Of a DNA stretch of 64,000 nt, positions 57,911 to 64,000 are shown piece after piece. Positions within the stretch are counted from its first letter, which is position 1. Every line of letters starts with the position of its first letter. A model generated the notes under the pieces. The model was not told the origin of the DNA. It saw nothing but the letters and a program-made list of their open reading frames with translations, and did not search any database. The translations under genes were made by a program, and so were the position numbers. The stretch is from sequence record PP355766.1. One strand, 5' to 3'.

Positions 57911-58038
57911 TTGTTCAGGCAGGACTCGAACCTGCACGACTGATTCCGTCGGCGATTTACCACCATCGCCAGCATATGATGCAATATGCGAGCTCAAAAG
58001 GTGTCCGTCACCATGTCTACCGATTTCACCACTGAACA
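57911..58038 (-). ncRNA. 128 nt tRNA-like RNA with inserted hairpins; 3' end at contig junction
   Basis: Perfect TGTTCAG/CTGAACA acceptor, Leu/Ser-type D loop (GGTAGA), canonical T arm GCAGG-TTCGAGT-CCTGC. Confidence 0.72.
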
Positions 58039-58049
58039 AGATAATTATA

Positions 58050-58526
58050 TTACTGATTATTTATAGCATTTCTCAAACGATAGAGTTGATTACAGAATTC
58101 GCGTTCAGTCAAAATCGTTTCAGAAATTTTATTTTTGCCCATACTGTGAGTGAGCGTAGCATTCCGGGTAGCAGCCAAAGCTTTTCTGAATCCTTCATTT
58201 TTACTAAGTGCATCGTATGCTCCTGTTAGTAAATTCTGATACGCTTCTGAGGCACGGTGAATAGGAACACCTTTCCAATAAAGCGTTTGTGTTGGCCACC
58301 AACGTTTCTTCTTACCTTTAAACTTAGCGGACTTTCCGACTAGTGTACATACATGTGCTTGCATTTCAGGCGAAGAAAATTTGAGGGATTGCAAGAATCC
58401 CTCCATTGATGCACATTCTACGCCATCATAGATAAATTTATGAGGAGCGAAATTACTCAAAGCACATGATGGATATGAACTACCTGAACCAATATCCATT
58501 ACTTTTCCTTCACGTATTTCAACCAA
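58050..58526 (-). CDS. NADAR-family protein (T4 gp30.3-like)
   Basis: PSCALSNFA, EGFLQ, TLYWKGVP, GFRKAL, LTHSM, TILTE.EF shared with gp30.3. Confidence 0.8.
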   Translation of the reverse strand: MVEIREGKVMDIGSGSSYPSCALSNFAPHKFIYDGVECASMEGFLQSLKFSSPEMQAHVCTLVGKSAKFKGKKKRWWPTQTLYWKGVPIHRASEAYQNLLTGAYDALSKNEGFRKALAATRNATLTHSMGKNKISETILTEREFCNQLYRLRNAINNQ

Positions 58527-59014
58527 TCAACTTTTAATGGGCTTTCTTTCTGATTATACGTAATTCCAACATGGAATGCAACTGGAGCATCAGGAATACG
58601 AATTTCTTCTTCAATGTTGAAGATTTCTACTTTCTCAAATACTCGCATGAAATCATAGTCATATTCAATTGGATTACCCAACCAAGCCTGAATAGCATAC
58701 ATAACTTCATTTGAACAAGAATAGTGGTTATCTAAATAAGCATCAAACTCTTCGTCTGTGCAATCATATGCAGGAACATCAACGCCAAAGAATTTCTTGG
58801 AAAATTCAGGAGTTACATACTTCTGTTCAGTGTGAAGTCTTTCAAGAACTGCTTCATGATTATAATCAGCATTTCCCATATACACACCACGGCGGCCATT
58901 AGAAGAGAACCATTCAAGAACATGAATTACTTGATTAATCTCTTCTTTTTCTAAGCCATAAACCATTTGGGTAGAATACCGATCAGCATCATTTTCCCAA
59001 GTGGTAATTGCCAT
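58499..59014 (-). CDS. Hypothetical protein
   Basis: ITTWENDAD.Y; acidic, 171 aa. Confidence 0.6.
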   Translation of the reverse strand: MAITTWENDADRYSTQMVYGLEKEEINQVIHVLEWFSSNGRRGVYMGNADYNHEAVLERLHTEQKYVTPEFSKKFFGVDVPAYDCTDEEFDAYLDNHYSCSNEVMYAIQAWLGNPIEYDYDFMRVFEKVEIFNIEEEIRIPDAPVAFHVGITYNQKESPLKVDWLKYVKEK

Positions 59015-59145
59015 TGCTAAACCTTTAGGAATAACTTGTCCAAATTTAACCAGAGGACGATAGAAGAGATTATGTGTGGTGGAAAGGTAAATGGACACCA
59101 TACGAGAAGTGTAGCCTTGAATTATTCATAGCCAAGTGCAGGGCC

Positions 59146-59174
59146 AAATAAATACTCCTATAATTAATAGGAGG
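59146..59174 (+). promoter_or_regulatory. Late promoter variant and SD-sequestering hairpin of e
   Basis: AATAAATA then CTCCTAT-AATTA-ATAGGAG, as for T4 e. Confidence 0.8.
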
Positions 59175-59179
59175 TCCTT

Positions 59180-59674
59180 ATGGATATTTTTGGCATGCTG
59201 CGTATTGATGAAGGATACGATAGCAAAATTTATAAAGATACCGAAGGGTATTGGACTATTGGTATTGGCCACTTACTGACTAAAGACCCGTCAAAATCTT
59301 TGGCTATTTCTAACCTGGACAAGCTTGTAGGTCGTTCTACTGGTGGCCAAATTACCCAGGCTGAGGCAGAAGTAATTTTTGCAAAGGATGTTGAAAAAGC
59401 AATTAAGGGCATTGTGGCTAATGCTACATTAAGCCCGGTATATAATATATTAGATGATGTTCGTAGAGCAGCTCTAATTAACATGGTATTCCAAATGGGT
59501 GTAGGTGGTGTCGCTGGATTCCCTGCTTCCATGAAGCTCTTAGCTGCTAAAAAATGGGATGCTGCTGCCAAAGAACTGGCAAATTCACGTTGGTATCGTC
59601 AGACACCTAATCGTGCTCGTCGTGTAATTGAAACTATGCGGACCGGAACTTGGGCCGCTTATCAAGGAAAATAA
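59180..59674 (+). CDS. e: Endolysin (T4-type lysozyme)
   Basis: [43 protein letters not shown]. Confidence 0.97.
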   Translation: MDIFGMLRIDEGYDSKIYKDTEGYWTIGIGHLLTKDPSKSLAISNLDKLVGRSTGGQITQAEAEVIFAKDVEKAIKGIVANATLSPVYNILDDVRRAALINMVFQMGVGGVAGFPASMKLLAAKKWDAAAKELANSRWYRQTPNRARRVIETMRTGTWAAYQGK

Positions 59675-60154
59675 ATGAAAACTTATCAAGAATTTTTAAA
59701 TGAATCCCGTTTAGCAACAGTTGGCGTAATGACTGAATCTGTTGGAAGTAATCTTCTGAAATTTAAAAAAGGTCAGAAGATGACAGCCACGCTAGAAGAT
59801 GGTACAGAAATTGAAATGGACGTTGTTGGATATAACTACGTAGTAGACGGCAAGTTATATAATAAGAGCCATGCTAAGTTTGATTCATTCGATGATTTCA
59901 CCTCTTCTATTGAAGATGAGTCTTCTCGCAAAGCAGTAGCATCTGGCGATGCACGCTCCTTAATGGCATTTGGTCATGAGCGTATTAAGTCTAAGCAGAA
60001 CAAACCTGGTGAAGATAACTTTGCATTAGTAGGTTATCAGTCTGGCAAAACTTCTAACGGTTACCAACGTACTGTTACCATGTACATGCGTAATGGTAAA
60101 ATTGCGTTCGTAAACGATCGTGGCGCTATTCGTTACGCTAAATCAATTAAGTAG
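59675..60154 (+). CDS. Internal-protein-like protein with capsid targeting sequence
   Basis: MKTYQEFLNE matches T4 CTS MKTYQEFIAE. Confidence 0.7.
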   Translation: MKTYQEFLNESRLATVGVMTESVGSNLLKFKKGQKMTATLEDGTEIEMDVVGYNYVVDGKLYNKSHAKFDSFDDFTSSIEDESSRKAVASGDARSLMAFGHERIKSKQNKPGEDNFALVGYQSGKTSNGYQRTVTMYMRNGKIAFVNDRGAIRYAKSIK

Positions 60155-60506
60155 TGCGAAGACCATACGCCATTACCGGAACATCGTACAGGTCAACAAT
60201 TTTGCACAGCTGAACAACATGCTCGGTAGTCAAGAATTGGGCTTCATCAACGAAAACACAATGAATATCACGCTGTGTTTGTGCCCACTTGAAAAACTCA
60301 AGAATATCAATAGATTCGTCTACTGTATTAGCTTCATGACGAAGACCAATACGTGATGTTACCTCGGTGGCAGAATCACGAGTATCAATAGCAGGTTTAA
60401 GAATGAGAGTTCCCATTCCTCGTTCTTTGTAATTATGCGCCGCGGTAAGAAGGTTAGCTGATTTGCCTGCATTCATGCTCGCGTAGTTGAAATAAAGCTG
60501 TGCCAT
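60153..60506 (-). CDS. tk: Thymidine kinase, N-terminal fragment
   Basis: YASMNAGKS, VFVDEAQF, MAYGLR. Confidence 0.94.
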
Positions 60507-60673
60507 TAAAGTGTCTCCATAAAATCAGAAATAGCATTCTTAGAACGAATGAGTTCATCGTATTCTTCAGGTAGACCATTTCCGTAAATGGCACTAATAG
60601 CTACTACTTGCTCGGCACCTGCATAATCGTCAATCAACTGCCACAGTTTAGTTTTTTGCTCTTCAGTAATCAT
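60506..60673 (-). CDS. Small hypothetical protein (55 aa)
   Basis: MITEEQKTKLWQLIDDY; coupled to tk. Confidence 0.6.
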   Translation of the reverse strand: MITEEQKTKLWQLIDDYAGAEQVVAISAIYGNGLPEEYDELIRSKNAISDFMETL

Positions 60674-60697
60674 CTATTTACCTCTAACAAGACGGAT

Positions 60698-61165
60698 TTA
60701 GCTTTTAGCTTCTTCATATTCTACCACCATAATGTCAATATCAGGTGTTGCTAAATTGATTAATTTCTCAATTAGTTCCCAATCACCGCCAGCAATACCA
60801 GCTCCAATTTTTGGAATGTACAGAGGACGATTATAAACAATACGACCAGAATTTAGTTCATGGAATGCATTAAAAATTGCGCCGTAATCAACATTTGGAC
60901 CTGGAGCATACTGAGTGTATAGATTATAGCAATATGCAGTGCCTTTTTTGTGAATGGCTCGAGTATGAGTTCCAAGCTTAGCTAAATTATTGTCATAATA
61001 ACGGTCTTCATCGATGTCAATATCGAGAATTGGAGGATATGCTTTAGCAAGCTGTCCTGCTACGCCGGCACCCATTGTAGTAAAGCAATTACACCCATGA
61101 GCGATATCGCATTCATGCTTCATGAATAACTCTACAATATTACCCTTGATATATCCAGTAATCAT
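60698..61165 (-). CDS. Macrodomain protein (Tk.4-like)
   Basis: KGNIV, AHGCNC...MGAGVA, YNLYTQ, PKIGAGIAGGDW. Confidence 0.88.
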   Translation of the reverse strand: MITGYIKGNIVELFMKHECDIAHGCNCFTTMGAGVAGQLAKAYPPILDIDIDEDRYYDNNLAKLGTHTRAIHKKGTAYCYNLYTQYAPGPNVDYGAIFNAFHELNSGRIVYNRPLYIPKIGAGIAGGDWELIEKLINLATPDIDIMVVEYEEAKS

Positions 61166-61231
61166 TTATTCACCTATGGAATTTTATATGTTGCATATTC
61201 ATTAAGATTATTGTATACTCTTAAAAATATA

Positions 61232-61771
61232 GCATTGTTTATGTAGCATTTTATGTTTCTTTAAGAAATGAGCTTTCTCTAGGACATCTGACGCATAAGA
61301 GTTTCCTCTTTTGACATTCCATCCTGCGTTATAACTAGCAAGAGCTTTTCGCATATTGCCGTTATGTATATTTAACCAATATGAAAGCTCAATATATGCC
61401 CACTCCGCAGAATTACGTCTGGATTTAAGCATTTTTCTTATTTCAGAATCACTAAGGTTTTTACCTTCCAGTTTAGCTCTGGCCTTAACGGTGGGTAAGT
61501 AATTTTGAAAAACCCCATAAGAATGATGCCCCTTTCCTGCTTTTAAATTGGCTCCTGCCGAAGATTCTTTCCATGATATAGCAGCCATTATATATCCTAA
61601 GCCGTTATTATCGTATCGGTTATGCGGAGATTTTTCCTTTCCGGATTTTTGATATTGTTCACCAAAATTATATGCGTAATGCAAGTTGTCAAGTTGAACA
61701 TTACTGAAAGTTGGCTCAGACCCAAAGGCCGTTGAACATAAGGCCATTAGACCGATAAGCGCTTTTTTCAT
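61232..61771 (-). CDS. vs.1: Vs.1 lytic-transglycosylase-like protein, 3' end at junction
   Basis: Signal peptide, AAISWKESS, YGVFQ, ALASYNAG. Confidence 0.85.
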
Positions 61772-61778
61772 GTTTACC

Positions 61779-62237
61779 TCAATTAATGTGTATAACTTTT
61801 GTGCTGATTTTACCTTTCAAACGTTTATCATTAACGAATGCCATACGACACTTTATGCTAGGTCCTTTTCCCGGTCTTGGAATATCCATAGTAAACCCTA
61901 GCCACAGATTTCCATCCGTAATTTCTAACCGCATGGGTTTATACTCGATATTTTCATCAATGTCTTTTGGGTCAATTGGAAGCCAAGGCATTGCTAAAAA
62001 TTCATTAATTTCTTTAAGATGATTAGGAATTTTGGAAAGAACAGAGAATACATACTCTTCATCAATTTCACGTTGGATAGCACGGTCCAACAAATGGTCA
62101 GAGTACTTAGTGAAGAAAGGCTCTTTGCCCTCAGCCTTAGCTCGGGCACGAACTGATAAATTCAAAGAGCGAAAAGCTTCCTCAAACTTACGACGCAGTT
62201 TAGTTCTGCGAATGAATACTTCTGGGTTAGTTGACAT
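61779..62237 (-). CDS. regB: Site-specific endoribonuclease
   Basis: EVFIRR.KLRR.FE, KYSDHLLDRAIQREIDE, RLEITDGNLWLGF. Confidence 0.94.
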   Translation of the reverse strand: MSTNPEVFIRRTKLRRKFEEAFRSLNLSVRARAKAEGKEPFFTKYSDHLLDRAIQREIDEEYVFSVLSKIPNHLKEINEFLAMPWLPIDPKDIDENIEYKPMRLEITDGNLWLGFTMDIPRPGKGPSIKCRMAFVNDKRLKGKISTKVIHIN

Positions 62238-62259
62238 AGTTCATTCTCCTTTGTTTGTA

Positions 62260-62294
62260 GGGCCATAGTATCATGGCCCGTAAGGAAAGTAAAC
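62260..62294 (-). promoter_or_regulatory. Early promoter of regB with hairpin over -10
   Basis: GTTTAC-TTTCCTTAC-GGGCCATGATACTATGGCCC. Confidence 0.8.
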
Positions 62295-62332
62295 TACTTT
62301 TTAATATTTTTCTTCTGGTGTGAAATAAATTT

Positions 62333-63020
<688 letters not shown>

Positions 63021-63024
<4 letters not shown>

Positions 63025-63390
63025 TTTTGAATTCCTAATATAGTGTTGATTTTTGAATAAAGTTCTTCTAGAGAACCGTCGTTAGTTATTACGATATCGC
63101 CTTCGCGAATCGGAAGTCCACGCTCTGTGACGTGAGTATCTTTTTTAGAACCTTCTTGCTCAGGACGAACTACATGAATAACTGTAGCACCCATCGCCCT
63201 GGCTACATCAAGTTCATGGTCTTGGCGGGTATCTGGGACAATGAAATAATCATAATCACCAAAAGTATCAGCCATAACCAAAGTGAATCGTTTCACCCAA
63301 TACATGCGATCGAGCTTATCACAGACAATGTCAGTCCCAAGGGTCTGCATGAGACGACGAATTGACCATGGCTCAACAGGTTTATTTATT
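63021..63390 (-). CDS. gp1: dNMP kinase, C-terminal fragment
   Basis: WSIRRLMQTLGTDIV, VPDTRQDHE, HVTERGL, ITNDGSLEEL. Confidence 0.92.
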
Positions 63391-63428
63391 ACAACTTCAA
63401 GGAATGGCCCCTTTAACTGGAATCTAAA

Positions 63429-63962
63429 ATGAAACACTTAACTCCCATTTATTTGACCCTGATGCATGCTTTCAGAGACGCTGCAGACAGACGATTGAAT
63501 AACCCCAACTATAGCTTTTATGAACCATCTTGCCTTATGCGAGAGTACGGTACCCTTCGTCTAGACGGTGGAAGACAAACCGGAAAGACCGCAGCCTTAT
63601 GCCAATTCGCTACCGATTGGTTGCTTGAAGATGGTTCGGTTATAATCTTATCTACTCGATACACACAATCATCTGAACTGATGGAAGGTATTCTACGAGA
63701 ATATAATTCATCGCATTTAATTAATAAATTACCGGCTAACGAGATAGCTAAATCAATTGTTCCGATGACAATCAGGGAATTTCTATCCAATGATTCCTCT
63801 TATAAGTTTAGAGGAAGAAAGTTTGGAAGAGCATTAATTATCATTGAAGAACCAATGAAAGTTCCCGATATGATGAAGTTCTATGATATGTACCAGGAAG
63901 CTATCAGATGGTCTATGCCTAATGATACCTTACCTTTATTTTTCGTGATAGGAATGCAATGA
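63429..63962 (+). CDS. T4-family P-loop hypothetical protein (Vs.8-like, uncertain)
   Basis: TLRLDGGRQTGKT, IIIEEP, ends FFVIGMQ. Confidence 0.7.
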   Translation: MKHLTPIYLTLMHAFRDAADRRLNNPNYSFYEPSCLMREYGTLRLDGGRQTGKTAALCQFATDWLLEDGSVIILSTRYTQSSELMEGILREYNSSHLINKLPANEIAKSIVPMTIREFLSNDSSYKFRGRKFGRALIIIEEPMKVPDMMKFYDMYQEAIRWSMPNDTLPLFFVIGMQ

Positions 63963-64000
63963 TGACACAGACAGAAATTGTTGATATGATTACAGTAATG

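Noticed and set aside
61165-61235. Deletion of the vs gene between vs.1 and tk.4
   Set aside because: A contig junction at about 61232 explains the gap, consistent with the size ordering.

Overview
This window is not one contiguous locus. It reads as about 33 short contigs joined without spacers, and after the first partial piece their lengths fall almost monotonically (about 6.7 kb, 3.05, 2.9, 2.9, 2.9, 2.85, 2.6, 2.55, 2.5, 2.3 ... 1.07 kb). That pattern fits a length-sorted draft assembly. The pieces come from at least two lytic phages. (1) A T4-like myophage (Straboviridae) supplies gp43, gp32, gp59, gp61, nrdD/G, gp5/6/7/53, gp23/24, gp37/38, gp42 plus a beta-glucosyl-HMC alpha-glucosyltransferase, e, regB, uvsW, dda and a large tRNA region with 15 canonical tRNAs. 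The gene set resembles Klebsiella Jiaodavirus-type phages, which I have not verified. (2) A T5-like siphophage (Demerecviridae) supplies D10-D15, primase, polA-type polymerase, dut, pb4, p132 and the L-fibre. Many genes are cut at junctions and their other parts lie elsewhere in the window (D13, T5 pol, dda, gp6, gp7, gp37, gp1), so gene neighbourhoods across junctions mean nothing. The most interesting real signal is in the T4-like tRNA region: at least nine non-canonical structured RNAs are interleaved with the tRNAs. These include tRNA-like RNAs with inserted domains, pseudoknotted spacers, and three RNAs displaying UGCA-containing hairpin loops. Two of those carry the same perfectly complementary UUGCAG/CUGCAA kissing-loop pair. 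All protein calls come from recalled sequence similarity to T4/T5 proteins, not from database searches; junction coordinates are approximate (about +/-10 nt).
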